NCBI GenBank assembly: GCA_963768305.1
Contig: CAVYHE010000006.1
Coordinates: 37,286-101,285, forward strand
Direction of reading: 5' to 3'
Origin: an uncultured bacterium
Lineage (GTDB): Bacteria > Margulisbacteria > WOR-1 > CAVSGV01
Length of the DNA stretch: 64,000 nucleotides
The first letter of the stretch is position 1; each line of letters opens with the position of its first letter. The notes beneath the pieces were generated by a model. It searched no databases, had not been told where the DNA came from, and saw only the letters and a list, made by a program, of their open reading frames with translations. Shown one piece after another: positions 22,955-35,971 of this stretch. A program made the translations under genes and the position numbers.

Positions 22955-24229
22955 ATGAGAAAAGCTCTTGTGACCGGCGGGAAAAGGCTTAGCGGGACCG
23001 TGTCCATTTCCGGTTCGAAGAACGCGGCGCTTCCTCTGCTGGCGGCGACCATCCTTCTCCACGGAGAAACGACATTTACGAACATCCCGAATCTCCTGGA
23101 CGTAATAACCATGATAAGAGTGCTTCGCACGCTTGGGCTGAGAGCCGAATATTTCGAGCCGGATACTGTAAAGGTCTATACGAACGATTCCGTTAAGCAT
23201 GTGGCACCCTATGAGCTTGTCACGAAAATGAGGGCGTCATTCTTCATCATAGGCCCTATACTTGCAAGGAACGGCCTTGCAAAGGTACCTCTTCCCGGCG
23301 GGTGCAACATCGGCTCGCGTCCGGTCAATCTTCACATAAAAGGACTTGAGGCTTTAGGCGCGCATATCAGCATGGAACACGGTTTTGTCGTGGCAAAGGC
23401 CGGCAAATTAAAAGGCTGCGAAAATTTATCTGGATTTCCCGTCCGTTGGCGCGACCGAGACGATAATGATGGCGGCGGCGTGCGCGGAAGGCGAAACACT
23501 GCTTGAGAACGCCGCGCAGGAGCCGGAGATAGCCGACCTTGCGGCGTTCCTTAACAGATGCGGCGCGCACATAGAGGGTGCCGGAAAGGATACAATAAGG
23601 ATTGCAGGGGTCGGTAAATTAAAAGGCGTCGAATACAGAGTAATGCCGGACAGGATAGAAGCCAGCACTCTTATGGTAGCGGGAGCCATCACAAAAGGGG
23701 ACATAACTTTAAAAGGGGTCGTGGAGCAGCATGTGGAGCCCGTCATAAGGAAGCTTCAGGACGCGGGAGTGGAGGTCACAGTATCAGGAGATCAGATCAA
23801 GATAAAGGTCAAGGACGGCTTAAAAGCTATAGATGTTAAGACAATGCCTTATCCGGGATTTCCCACCGATGCCCAGCCGCAATTCACTTCGCTTGATGAG
23901 CATTGCGACCGGCACTTCCGTCATCACGGAAACCGTTTTTGAGAACAGGTTCATGCATGTTCACGAGCTGAAAAGGATGGGAGCGGATATCCAGATAGAG
24001 GGCCAGAGCGCGATAATAAACGGGCGTCAAGAAACTTTCCGGCTGCCCTGTGCGGGCGTCGGACCTGAGGGCGGGCGCGGCGCTTGTTCTGGCGGGGCTC
24101 GCGGCGGAAGGCGAAACATTAGTTGACGATGTCGAGAGGTTCATCGAGAGAGGATATGAAAATCTGATAGGTAAACTTACATCGCTGGGCGGGAACGTAA
24201 AAGAGATCAATGGAACCAATAATCAATAA
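22955..24229 (+). CDS. murA: UDP-N-acetylglucosamine 1-carboxyvinyltransferase (several indels)
   Basis: [32 protein letters not shown] and FENRFMHV across frames. Confidence 0.95.
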
Positions 24230-24599
24230 CTTGAGCGGAATGAGGATAGACAGTTCATTCATTAAAAGATTGACGGATAGATTCAAAGATAAATGGATAG
24301 TAAGCTTCAGTTTCGTTAAAAAAGCGGAAATGAAAAGATTGAACGGAACATACAGGAAAAAGAGCGGGCCTACCGATGTCCTTTCATTCTCAATGAAGGA
24401 AGGCCGCCTGCTCGGCGATGTTGTAATATGCCCGGCTGTAGCAAAGGTCAATGCAAAGGAATACGGGGTATCATTGAAATATGAGCTTACCCGATTGGCC
24501 GCGCACGGGATGCTTCATCTTCTCGGATATGACCACGGAAAAAAAATGTTCGATCTTCAGGATCGATTAACCTGCCTAACGGCAGGCAAACGGAGGTGA
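24210..24599 (+). CDS. ybeY: rRNA maturation RNase YbeY
   Basis: [18 protein letters not shown]. Confidence 0.95.
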   Translation: MEPIINNLSGMRIDSSFIKRLTDRFKDKWIVSFSFVKKAEMKRLNGTYRKKSGPTDVLSFSMKEGRLLGDVVICPAVAKVNAKEYGVSLKYELTRLAAHGMLHLLGYDHGKKMFDLQDRLTCLTAGKRR

Positions 24600-24604
24600 T
24601 ATAA

Positions 24605-24967
24605 ATGCCCAGGAAATTCGTTCAAAGCCTTGGATACGCGCAAAAAGGGATCCGCCATTCTATCAAGTCACAGAGGAATATAAGGATACATTTTACGGTC
24701 GCGGCATTGACCGTAGCTCTCGGATTTTATTTCCGGCTCAGCCTGATCGAATTTATTTTTATTGCGATCATGATCAGCATGGTCATTGTCGCGGAAATGT
24801 TGAATACGGCCATTGAAGAGACCGTCAATCTGTTCACCCCCGGGCATCATCCCCGCGCAACTTTAGCGAAAGATACCGCCGCCGGGGCGGTGCTATTTTC
24901 CGTCATTTGTGCTATAATCGTCGGCTGTTTGATTTTCATCCCGCATCTGGCCGGGCTAGGGAGATAA
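24605..24967 (+). CDS. dgkA: Diacylglycerol/undecaprenol kinase
   Basis: EMLNTAIE; AKDTAAGAVL. Confidence 0.9.
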   Translation: MPRKFVQSLGYAQKGIRHSIKSQRNIRIHFTVAALTVALGFYFRLSLIEFIFIAIMISMVIVAEMLNTAIEETVNLFTPGHHPRATLAKDTAAGAVLFSVICAIIVGCLIFIPHLAGLGR

Positions 24968-24969
24968 GC

Positions 24970-27918
<2,949 letters not shown>

Positions 27919-27985
27919 TTGCCGGTCTCCGTCCCTTTACCCTCATTTCCCCTGTTTTTCACCCAAAAATAGTTATCCGACAAAG

Positions 27986-28013
27986 TGAAATTTTTCATTG
28001 TAATTGTCGATAA
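27986..28013 (+). promoter_or_regulatory. Sigma28-like promoter motif, copy 1
   Basis: TGAAATTTT-tcattgtaatt-GTCGATAA. Confidence 0.65.
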
Positions 28014-28052
28014 ACATTAGAAGAAAGATCGTTTTAATAGGAGGATATCTAC

Positions 28053-30527
28053 ATGGTGATTTCATTTGTTTCAAGTGTGTCAGCTCAGGATGTGTTCAAG
28101 GCGGCGGGATTCAACGATAAAAATAAAGATGATCTCATCAAGAAGGCTTCTGTTCGGAATTTATGGAGCAACGAGGGATATAACAATTCAGCTGATATTA
28201 ATGGTGACGATCAAATAAATGTCGCTGAATGCAAATCGTATCTGCATAAACATCCGGAGATCCAGTTAAAGGAGAAAAACCTTTCCCGGTTAACACTGCT
28301 TGATCAGAAAAATCTTTTCGACCTGTACAATGAAGCGATCAATAAAATGCTCAATGCTGATAAGAACGTATCAGATGCCGTACATTCCGGGACAAGGAAC
28401 CTTCAAAGCGACAAAGCTGAAAGACGGTTGGAAGCATTGGCGTATGATATCGTTGGATCAGGGATCGGCAAGGATTACGCAAAGAGCCTCCTTTCACGGA
28501 TATTCCAGGCCCCGGGTTACTATTTAATGTTCGGCGATCCCGGCATAAACCAGGAGTTCGCCTTTCGAATGTCAAGTGAATATGGTTTTTCCGGAACAAA
28601 GGAATTGATGAATTCTTTTCCGTTGCACATTAGGGCCGGTATTATGAACGCCCTGTTAAAGATCTGTGTTGTTGATAGTTATATAAAGGTTGCATTTGAG
28701 CCGCCCGCTGTCACACAAAAGATCCACATCAGCATTGATGAAGCAAAAGCATTATTTGATGAAGCATTTATTATTGCCAAAGGTATACCGACTCAGGAAG
28801 AAAAAGACGAATTAATCGCAGAAATTGCCGTTAGCAAGGCGAGCCTGAACATGTTCTATGATGCCTTTTCTTTGATCGCTCTTTGCTCGTCAGAATGGAC
28901 AAGGGATCATAGTTTCGAGGTTTGTTCCAGCATCGCGTCACAGCATAAATTATTTGACAAGGCGATCGAGATCGCGCAAATGATCTCTTCAGAAAGTACA
29001 CGTATGTATACGATAGGAGAAATAGCAGGGAAGATGACAATGTCAAACATGTTCGATAGGGCACTCAAGATATGCCGTCAATTTCACATTCCGGAAAAAG
29101 GAATCATTGAGATCGACAGCCGTATCACAAAGGAAAAAATCAATGAATTATCAAAAAAAGGCAATTTTGATGAAGCTTTTAAGCTCGCGTTATCAATTAA
29201 GAGCCTTAAATTCAGAGCACACACCATCCTAAATTTGATAGCGAAGATGCAGGCCTCCAATTCAGACAGGAATAAAATATATTATCTTTGTGATCAAGCT
29301 CTTGATCTTATCTCGTCCGTGAAAGATGTCGATTCCAGGAACGGGGAGCACGGAGCTTATTGGGAATGGGATGCGAGGGTCTATTTACTCGTAGGTGCGT
29401 TTAACTATGATTATGGTATGGATTCGATTGACTATGGCATGTTTAACATCATAAAAAAATCCGATATGAATGAAATGCAGTTGAAAAACCTGTTTTTAAA
29501 GATACTCAATGTGATCGATCTCTTGGGCGTTTATGAGGAGGTAGAAGTAAAACGCATAAGTGATGGCGCGAAACTGTCTGTTAACAATGAAGATAAAGAA
29601 CAATATGAAACGGTCTTAAGAGACGCACAGGGGAGCAAAAAAAAATATGCTATTCTTGAACATCTTAAATATGCCGATGACAAGAATGACGTGTTTTTGG
29701 ATCTTCTTGATCTTATCGAGAAGAAAAATATTTCCAGGGGCAGCCTGATCGAGATCTATAAAAAGGCCGAGGAAGTTGCAATTCCTCTAGTGGGCTTTGA
29801 AGGGCATATGCATGATTTTTATTGCCATTCAACCGATTGCGGGAACCTAATACTTGGCAAAATAGCGGAAAAATATGCCGGGATGAAAATGTATGATGAC
29901 GCGGCAAGGGCGATCGGTTTCACGGACGGATCATATTCTTTCTCCACGAGAGATAATGCCATAAGAATCACGGTTGACGGCCTGATAATCCAAAAATCCG
30001 GAGAAAAAGCGCTGGAGCTGTTGAAATTGTCCAGCTCGGATGATGAAAAGGTGAATATGTTCTCAAAGCTTCTTAAATCAGGTTCCGGGGTTCTCTCGCT
30101 GCAATCATTGATCTCGCTTGCAAGATCGATCGATGATCCGATAAAAAGATTAAAACTGTTAATTAAGATCTCTCATTTGGCGCCAAATAAGCGTTTGGAT
30201 GAAAAGATATGCATGGAAATGATAGTGAAAAGCATCAATTTCAACGAAGATTCAGATCCTGATCTTGGGCAAAATGCGGAAATTCTGCCCGTCATCTCGT
30301 CCATGATAAAAGAATTTCATTTAAGTCAAGATTCCATGAGAACGGCATTCACTCTTCTTATTGCTAAGGCAAAACTGATCGAACTTCAATATGACAGGGA
30401 AAAGGTATTTTCGGGCATAGCTGATGAGATGCTGAAATCAGGGTTCAAAAAAGACGAAATAGTCCAGCTCTTTCAGGAGCTCAATTTAAGGAAACCCCCG
30501 CAGTTCAGGACGCTCTATTTTTGGTAG
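28053..30527 (+). CDS. 824-aa orphan with an EF-hand-like loop and helical (TPR-like) repeats
   Basis: AGGAGG RBS; DINGDDQINVAE; recurring FDKAIEIA / FDRALKIC / FDEAFKLA / YDDAARAI. Confidence 0.75.
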   Translation: MVISFVSSVSAQDVFKAAGFNDKNKDDLIKKASVRNLWSNEGYNNSADINGDDQINVAECKSYLHKHPEIQLKEKNLSRLTLLDQKNLFDLYNEAINKMLNADKNVSDAVHSGTRNLQSDKAERRLEALAYDIVGSGIGKDYAKSLLSRIFQAPGYYLMFGDPGINQEFAFRMSSEYGFSGTKELMNSFPLHIRAGIMNALLKICVVDSYIKVAFEPPAVTQKIHISIDEAKALFDEAFIIAKGIPTQEEKDELIAEIAVSKASLNMFYDAFSLIALCSSEWTRDHSFEVCSSIASQHKLFDKAIEIAQMISSESTRMYTIGEIAGKMTMSNMFDRALKICRQFHIPEKGIIEIDSRITKEKINELSKKGNFDEAFKLALSIKSLKFRAHTILNLIAKMQASNSDRNKIYYLCDQALDLISSVKDVDSRNGEHGAYWEWDARVYLLVGAFNYDYGMDSIDYGMFNIIKKSDMNEMQLKNLFLKILNVIDLLGVYEEVEVKRISDGAKLSVNNEDKEQYETVLRDAQGSKKKYAILEHLKYADDKNDVFLDLLDLIEKKNISRGSLIEIYKKAEEVAIPLVGFEGHMHDFYCHSTDCGNLILGKIAEKYAGMKMYDDAARAIGFTDGSYSFSTRDNAIRITVDGLIIQKSGEKALELLKLSSSDDEKVNMFSKLLKSGSGVLSLQSLISLARSIDDPIKRLKLLIKISHLAPNKRLDEKICMEMIVKSINFNEDSDPDLGQNAEILPVISSMIKEFHLSQDSMRTAFTLLIAKAKLIELQYDREKVFSGIADEMLKSGFKKDEIVQLFQELNLRKPPQFRTLYFW

Positions 30528-30548
30528 ATCTGTAACTGACCAGGAAGT

Positions 30549-30704
30549 ATCGCGGAGGACGCGGTTTACATGGTGGAAGCGCGGATGCTGAAGCACAATG
30601 ACGATTGTCAGTTACTTCGCCTTTTTCGATTTTTCAAAAACGATGTTATTTTCCTTGAGGGTTGCTTCTATCGTGTCGCCTTCCTTGAAAGTGCCTTTCA
30701 GCAT
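30549..30704. repeat. Displaced composite copy of the phoU 3' region and clpC 3' end
   Basis: 30549-30604 matches 38226-38281 (52/56); 30607-30617 is identical to 38336-38346; 30612-30704 is homologous to 45641-45733. Confidence 0.92.
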
Positions 30705-30757
30705 GTTGTAAACTGCACCGATTTGATTTAAATCTTTAAATGTTATAAAGTTATCAT

Positions 30758-31444
30758 ATGCCTGACATTCTCATTATCGATGACGAAAAGGACATTGTTG
30801 AATCAATAGAGTATAACCTCAAAAAAGATGGTTTTTCCACTCACAAGAGCTTTGACGGACTCAACGGCTTAAAACTTGCGAAAGAAATCATCCCGGATCT
30901 TATACTCCTTGACCTCATGCTTCCCGGAATGAGCGGAATAGAGGTCTGCAAGGCGTTGAAGAAGAACGACGCTACCTCGAAGGTCCCGGTGATAATGCTC
31001 ACGGCGAAAAAACAGGAGATCGATAAGGTTGTCGGCCTTGAAGTCGGCGCTGACGATTATATTTCCAAGCCGTTCAGCATGAAAGAGCTTATTGCAAGGA
31101 TAAAGGCAGTGCTTAGAAGGTACGGCATTTCAGCAAAAGGGGAGAAACAGAGATCCCAGATAATATTCGCCGACTTGAAGATCGATCTGGAACGCCATGA
31201 GGTAACAGTTAAAGGAAAGTCCATCGATCTTTCTGCCAAAGAATTCAAACTTTTGGAGTTCCTTGCATCTAACAAAGAAAAAGTATTTTCCAGGGAAAGG
31301 CTGCTTGATGACGTATGGGGCATACAGGCCGAAGTGGAGACCCGCACCGTGGATGTCCACATAAGAAGGCTGCGCGAAAAGCTCGGAAAAGCCGGCGACC
31401 ACATCCAGACAGTCATCGGCTTCGGATATAAATTCAAGGAATAG
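30758..31444 (+). CDS. phoB: OmpR/PhoB-family response regulator
   Basis: LLDLMLP, GADDYISKPF, RTVDVHIRRLR; upstream of the pst genes. Confidence 0.9.
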   Translation: MPDILIIDDEKDIVESIEYNLKKDGFSTHKSFDGLNGLKLAKEIIPDLILLDLMLPGMSGIEVCKALKKNDATSKVPVIMLTAKKQEIDKVVGLEVGADDYISKPFSMKELIARIKAVLRRYGISAKGEKQRSQIIFADLKIDLERHEVTVKGKSIDLSAKEFKLLEFLASNKEKVFSRERLLDDVWGIQAEVETRTVDVHIRRLREKLGKAGDHIQTVIGFGYKFKE

Positions 31445-32776
31445 ATGGAAGAAAATATATACTGGAAAATATTCTTTTCCAATGTCGCGGTCCTGGTCAT
31501 TGGGATAATAATCCTTGTCCTTGCACATTTCTCAATCCTCAGCTTTACTATTATCCTGATAATGCTTTTCGTTTTCTCGACCGCACTCACTTCGTTCTTT
31601 ATACATAATATCGACCGGCTTTCGGATGCTATCTTCGATATTTCAAAGGGCGAATACAAAACATCTTTTCAAAAAAGGTCCAATTCTGAATTCAGGCGGA
31701 TCGAGGACGCTATAAGCGAGCTTCAGGAGCGGCTTTCATACACGATTGGGGAGCTTTCGGGATCACAGAATAAGCTGAAAGCCATATTATCATCGATGAC
31801 AGAAGGCGTTGTGGCCGTTGATAGCAAAGAAAATATCATTCTTTTCAACAGCGCGGCGGAAAACTTCCTTGCTTTGAAGGAAAAGGATGTCATGGGCCGG
31901 AATTTCATCGAAAGGATCAGGCAGCCAGAGATCGTTGAAGCATTAAGGTCTGCCATATCAGGCGAAACGGCGCTTGAAAGACAGGCCATGATCCTGTCGC
32001 CCAAAAAAAGGACACTGCTTGTTGCCGTGAACCGCATGGAGGGCGGAGGCGCCGTGGCCGTTCTGAATGACATTACCAGGATGAAGCAGCTGGAGGAATT
32101 AAGGAGCGAATTCACCGCGAACGTGTCGCATGAACTTAAAACCCCGCTTACCGCGATCAAGGCATCAGCTGAAACACTTCTTGAAGGAGCAATTGATGAT
32201 AAAGAGAATAATATCAATTTCGTTAAACAGATCAGCCGGCATGCTGAAAGATTATCTTTTTTGATCGATGACATACTCGAGCTTTCCAGCCTTGAAGGAA
32301 AAAAACGGCCGGATAATGCGAGAGCCGTCGAGATCATTGGCGTTATTGATCAGGCCATTGAGGAGCTTTCTTCAAAGATACATCAAAAGAAGATATCAAC
32401 ATCAGTGGAGCTTCATCCCGGTTCATCAACAGTCATTTGCGATCAGGATCAGATATTGAGGGTATTTATCAACCTGCTAGATAACGCCGTAAAATATAAT
32501 GATCCCGGAGGGTCCGTAAAGATCACTTCCTCGGATGAAGGCGATCTTACGCGGTTCAGCGTGGAAGACACCGGGATCGGCATAGAAGAAAAACACCTGC
32601 CGAGAATATTTGAAAGATTTTACACCGTTGACAGGGCGAGGTCCCGCGAAATGGGCGGAACCGGCCTCGGGCTGGCAATAGCAAAACATATTGTCGAGCT
32701 TAACGGCGGGCGGATCTCAGTCTCAAGCCGGCCCGGAAAAGGCTCCGTTTTCAGTTTCACGCTTAAAAAAGCATAG
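31445..32776 (+). CDS. phoR: Sensor histidine kinase (HAMP-PAS-HisKA-HATPase)
   Basis: NVSHELKTPL, NLLDNAVKY, GGTGLGLAI. Confidence 0.9.
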   Translation: MEENIYWKIFFSNVAVLVIGIIILVLAHFSILSFTIILIMLFVFSTALTSFFIHNIDRLSDAIFDISKGEYKTSFQKRSNSEFRRIEDAISELQERLSYTIGELSGSQNKLKAILSSMTEGVVAVDSKENIILFNSAAENFLALKEKDVMGRNFIERIRQPEIVEALRSAISGETALERQAMILSPKKRTLLVAVNRMEGGGAVAVLNDITRMKQLEELRSEFTANVSHELKTPLTAIKASAETLLEGAIDDKENNINFVKQISRHAERLSFLIDDILELSSLEGKKRPDNARAVEIIGVIDQAIEELSSKIHQKKISTSVELHPGSSTVICDQDQILRVFINLLDNAVKYNDPGGSVKITSSDEGDLTRFSVEDTGIGIEEKHLPRIFERFYTVDRARSREMGGTGLGLAIAKHIVELNGGRISVSSRPGKGSVFSFTLKKA

Positions 32777-32784
32777 CCGAAAAG

Positions 32785-32824
32785 TTTACATCTTCGTAAC
32801 ATCCCCGACATAATCCTGTAATCG
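32785..32824 (+). promoter_or_regulatory. Putative Pho-box array (11-bp period)
   Basis: tttaca / gtaaca / gacata / gtaatc starting at 32785, 32796, 32807, 32818. Confidence 0.55.
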
Positions 32825-32947
32825 CCTTCATTCATAATTGCCCGCGAAATGATGATCCTGTCATTCAATGGAGAGAACAAGGAGGTGGTTGTTTATTTAT
32901 TTCGTTCCCGGTTTTGAGACTGAAATGAGATCAAAGGAGGGGTGTAA

Positions 32948-34045
32948 ATGAAAAAGTATCTTTTATGTTTTATGTTCGTGTTCGGTTTCATGTTATTTTC
33001 TTCGGGAGTTTTCGCGGCTGCGACAGAAAGCCCATTTTCCGGCTATGTGTGGTTCAGGGAAACGGGCAATAACAAGGTGTTCGATGACGGCCAGACGAAT
33101 ACTTCAAAACTGTCCGTCGACAGAGCGTATATGACATGGAAACTTAATTACGAGGATAACCTAGCGGGCAATATTACTTTGGACCTTCCTATGAAAGCGG
33201 GCACAAACGCAAAAAACAATGATTGGACAACTTTTGTTAAATACGCGTATGTGGACGTGAAGAACGTTCTTCCGGAGGACGGATTTGTCAGGATCGGCCA
33301 GCAACCTGTGTATTTTGCCATGATAGACAAGTGGCAATACCAGTTCATTTATAAGAACCTTGAAGACAACCTCGGGCTTCTTTCAAGCGCCGACCTTGGT
33401 GTTTCACTTCAGGGAACACTTTTCGGCGGACTGGCGGATTATCAGGTGGCCGGTTACGGTGGTAACGGTTATGCTCAGCCAACGGAAACCGATAACAATG
33501 TTGCCACTGACATAAGCATGGCGGTTTATCCGATCCCCGGATTATCGATAAGAGGATCATTGTATAACTCAACTGTCAGCTCGGGGGATGCTTACGCCAG
33601 CAACGGCATTTCTGCAGGAAAATGGTATAACGGCTTGGCAGCCAATTATTACTGGGGGCCGCTCTGGTTCATGTGGGAAGGCGTTGAAGGCATGAAGCCT
33701 AACTCAGTTGACAGCGACAGCTTCAAGGTTTCGGGAAATTCAAAATTGGTCATGTGGACCATAAATGACAGATGGGATGTGGGAGTAAGGGAAGACATCT
33801 TCGACCCGGATGTTAATAATGACAGCGCGGCCGGGACAGACAATACTTCCAATTCCAAGCAGGACTTGATGATATACGGCGTGAACTATCATTGGGCGAA
33901 CGATCTGCTCTTGCAGCTTAATACTTCCAAGTTGGTTTATGACGGCGGCAACCAGAATGCCGGGGCAAATCCATACAGCCCGAGCCCAAGCACTGCAAGA
34001 TATACCCAGTATGAAACCATAATGCAGGTAAAGTGGTCGTATTAA
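32948..34045 (+). CDS. Outer-membrane beta-barrel protein, probable phosphate-regulated porin
   Basis: Signal peptide, aromatic amphipathic strands, C-terminal QVKWSY; lies between phoR and pstS. Confidence 0.7.
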   Translation: MKKYLLCFMFVFGFMLFSSGVFAAATESPFSGYVWFRETGNNKVFDDGQTNTSKLSVDRAYMTWKLNYEDNLAGNITLDLPMKAGTNAKNNDWTTFVKYAYVDVKNVLPEDGFVRIGQQPVYFAMIDKWQYQFIYKNLEDNLGLLSSADLGVSLQGTLFGGLADYQVAGYGGNGYAQPTETDNNVATDISMAVYPIPGLSIRGSLYNSTVSSGDAYASNGISAGKWYNGLAANYYWGPLWFMWEGVEGMKPNSVDSDSFKVSGNSKLVMWTINDRWDVGVREDIFDPDVNNDSAAGTDNTSNSKQDLMIYGVNYHWANDLLLQLNTSKLVYDGGNQNAGANPYSPSPSTARYTQYETIMQVKWSY

Positions 34046-34084
34046 TTAACAGGCTTGTTACACGGATTTAACCGTCCTGTAACA
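34046..34084 (+). promoter_or_regulatory. Putative Pho-box array upstream of pstS
   Basis: ttaaca / gttaca / ttaacc / gtaaca at 34046, 34057, 34068, 34079. Confidence 0.7.
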
Positions 34085-34125
34085 TCTTTGGTCGATAATA
34101 TAGTAGAGAAAAAGGAGGAAAAAAA

Positions 34126-35001
34126 ATGAAAAGATCAATAATAGCAATTCTGGCTCTGGTTCTGCTTTGTTCTTCGGCATTTGCCGGAGTGATACAGATA
34201 AAAGGCTCCGACACCGAATTGAACGCGGTGCAGGCCATGGCCGAAGCATACATGAACAAGGACGCGTCCACTTCCATAGCGGTGACGGGCGGCGGCTCCG
34301 GCGCGGGGTTCGCGGCCCTTATCAACGGCAAGGCTGACATGGCTATAGCTTCCAGGGCCATATTGCCGGCGGAAGTTTCCCAGTGCCGCGCGAGAGGTAT
34401 AGACCCGAATTACATAGTGTTCGGGATAGACGGCCTCTCGGTCATCGTCAATAAAGCGAATGGCGTCAAGACGCTTACGATGGACCAGGTGGCGAAGATA
34501 TATAAAGGGGACATAACGAACTGGAAAGAAGTTGGCGGCGCCGATATGCCGATATCCCTTTACGGCAGGCAGTCAAGCTCAGGGACTTTCGTGTATTTCC
34601 GCAAAAATGTCCTGCAAGGCGAATATTCCACAAAGATGAACAGGATGAGCGGGAACGCCGAGATAGTTGAAGGCGTCAAAGCTGATCGTTCCGGGATAGG
34701 TTATGTGGGCGTTGGCTATACACAAAAGGACGGGAATGTCATAGACGGCATCTCTGTCCTGAGCATCGCCGCGAAAGACGGCATGCCTGCGGTATCGCCG
34801 CTGGTTGAAGCGGATGTATTGAGCGGCAAATATCCGATAGCAAGGCCGCTGTACCATTATTTCAACGGTAAACCCAATGATACCTTAAGAGCTTTCCTGA
34901 ACTTCGAGCTTTCAAGCGATGGACAGGCGCTCCTTAAGGCCCAGGGTTTCTACCCGATAACGCCGAATTATGTAGAGGTGAACCAGGCCAACCTTAAATA
35001 A
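34126..35001 (+). CDS. pstS: Phosphate ABC transporter substrate-binding protein
   Basis: IKGSDT, GGGSGAG, RQSSSGT, YPIARPL. Confidence 0.95.
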   Translation: MKRSIIAILALVLLCSSAFAGVIQIKGSDTELNAVQAMAEAYMNKDASTSIAVTGGGSGAGFAALINGKADMAIASRAILPAEVSQCRARGIDPNYIVFGIDGLSVIVNKANGVKTLTMDQVAKIYKGDITNWKEVGGADMPISLYGRQSSSGTFVYFRKNVLQGEYSTKMNRMSGNAEIVEGVKADRSGIGYVGVGYTQKDGNVIDGISVLSIAAKDGMPAVSPLVEADVLSGKYPIARPLYHYFNGKPNDTLRAFLNFELSSDGQALLKAQGFYPITPNYVEVNQANLK

Positions 35002-35020
35002 AGGTTGGATGTTTTCTTCA

Positions 35021-35064
35021 TAGGCTGAGAGCTGCTTCGGTGCATCGGAGCGGCTCTTGGCTTA
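35021..35064 (+). other. Long intercistronic stem-loop after pstS
   Basis: taggctgagagctgcttcggt pairs with atcggagcggctcttggctta (with G:U pairs). Confidence 0.7.
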
Positions 35065-35082
35065 TGTGTTTGACGGAGGAAA

Positions 35083-35970
35083 ATGAAAAAAAGATCTACT
35101 ACCAATATTCTTGAACGTGCGGTCGAATTACTTTTCTTCGTGAGCGCAATGCTCTCGGTAGTCGTTCTAGCTGGGATCTTCATTCTTTTGATCATAAGCG
35201 CGGTTCCGGCTTTCAAGGAAATATCTTTATTTGATTTTTTCAGGACCGTAATATGGAATCCCGACGGGTATGATACATCATCATACGGGATCATCGCGAT
35301 GTTCGTAAGCACGGTAATGGTCACTGCCGGCGCTCTTTTGTTCGCCGTTCCGATAGGGATATTCACTGCTGCGTACATGGCGGAGATCGCCGGCCCGAAG
35401 GAAAGGGAGATCATAAAGCCCGTTATCGAGATCCTTGCGGGCATTCCTTCCGTAGTTGTCGGCTTTCTTGGTATCGTCGTTGTATCGCCTCTTATCGCGA
35501 AAGTATTTCATCTCTCGAACGGCTTGAATGCCTTGAACGGCTCCGTTCTTCTCGGGATCATGGCTTTGCCTACCATCATAAGCATTTCTGAAGATTCGAT
35601 AACCATGGTGCCGAACCATTACAAAGAAGGGTCTTACGCACTTGGGGCTAACAAATGGCAGACACTTTTCTTTGTGACTATTCCTGCCGCTTCGTCGGGG
35701 ATAATGGCTTCCATAATGCTCGGGATGGGGAGGGCGATAGGCGAGACGATGACAGTGCTCATGGCCACTGGCAACGCGTCAGCGATGCCCACTTCATTCT
35801 TTGATTCTGTAAGGACAATGACCGCGACCATCGCGATAGAACTGGGAGAGGTTCCTTATAACACCACTCATTATTACGCTCTCTTCGCCGTGGGTTTTTA
35901 TATTTTCGTGATAACTTTTATCGTGAACCTTGCTGCGGACCATTTCTCACATAAAGCGGGGAAATACTGA
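35083..35970 (+). CDS. pstC: Phosphate ABC transporter permease
   Basis: LAGIPSVVVG; GRAIGETM. Confidence 0.95.
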   Translation: MKKRSTTNILERAVELLFFVSAMLSVVVLAGIFILLIISAVPAFKEISLFDFFRTVIWNPDGYDTSSYGIIAMFVSTVMVTAGALLFAVPIGIFTAAYMAEIAGPKEREIIKPVIEILAGIPSVVVGFLGIVVVSPLIAKVFHLSNGLNALNGSVLLGIMALPTIISISEDSITMVPNHYKEGSYALGANKWQTLFFVTIPAASSGIMASIMLGMGRAIGETMTVLMATGNASAMPTSFFDSVRTMTATIAIELGEVPYNTTHYYALFAVGFYIFVITFIVNLAADHFSHKAGKY

Positions 35971-35971
35971 T

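Noticed and set aside
24571..24586. Short hairpins cctgcc-taac-ggcagg and ctttctttt-gccag-aaaagaaag (near 56977-56999) as REP elements
   Set aside because: Single copies in this window; a repeat family cannot be established
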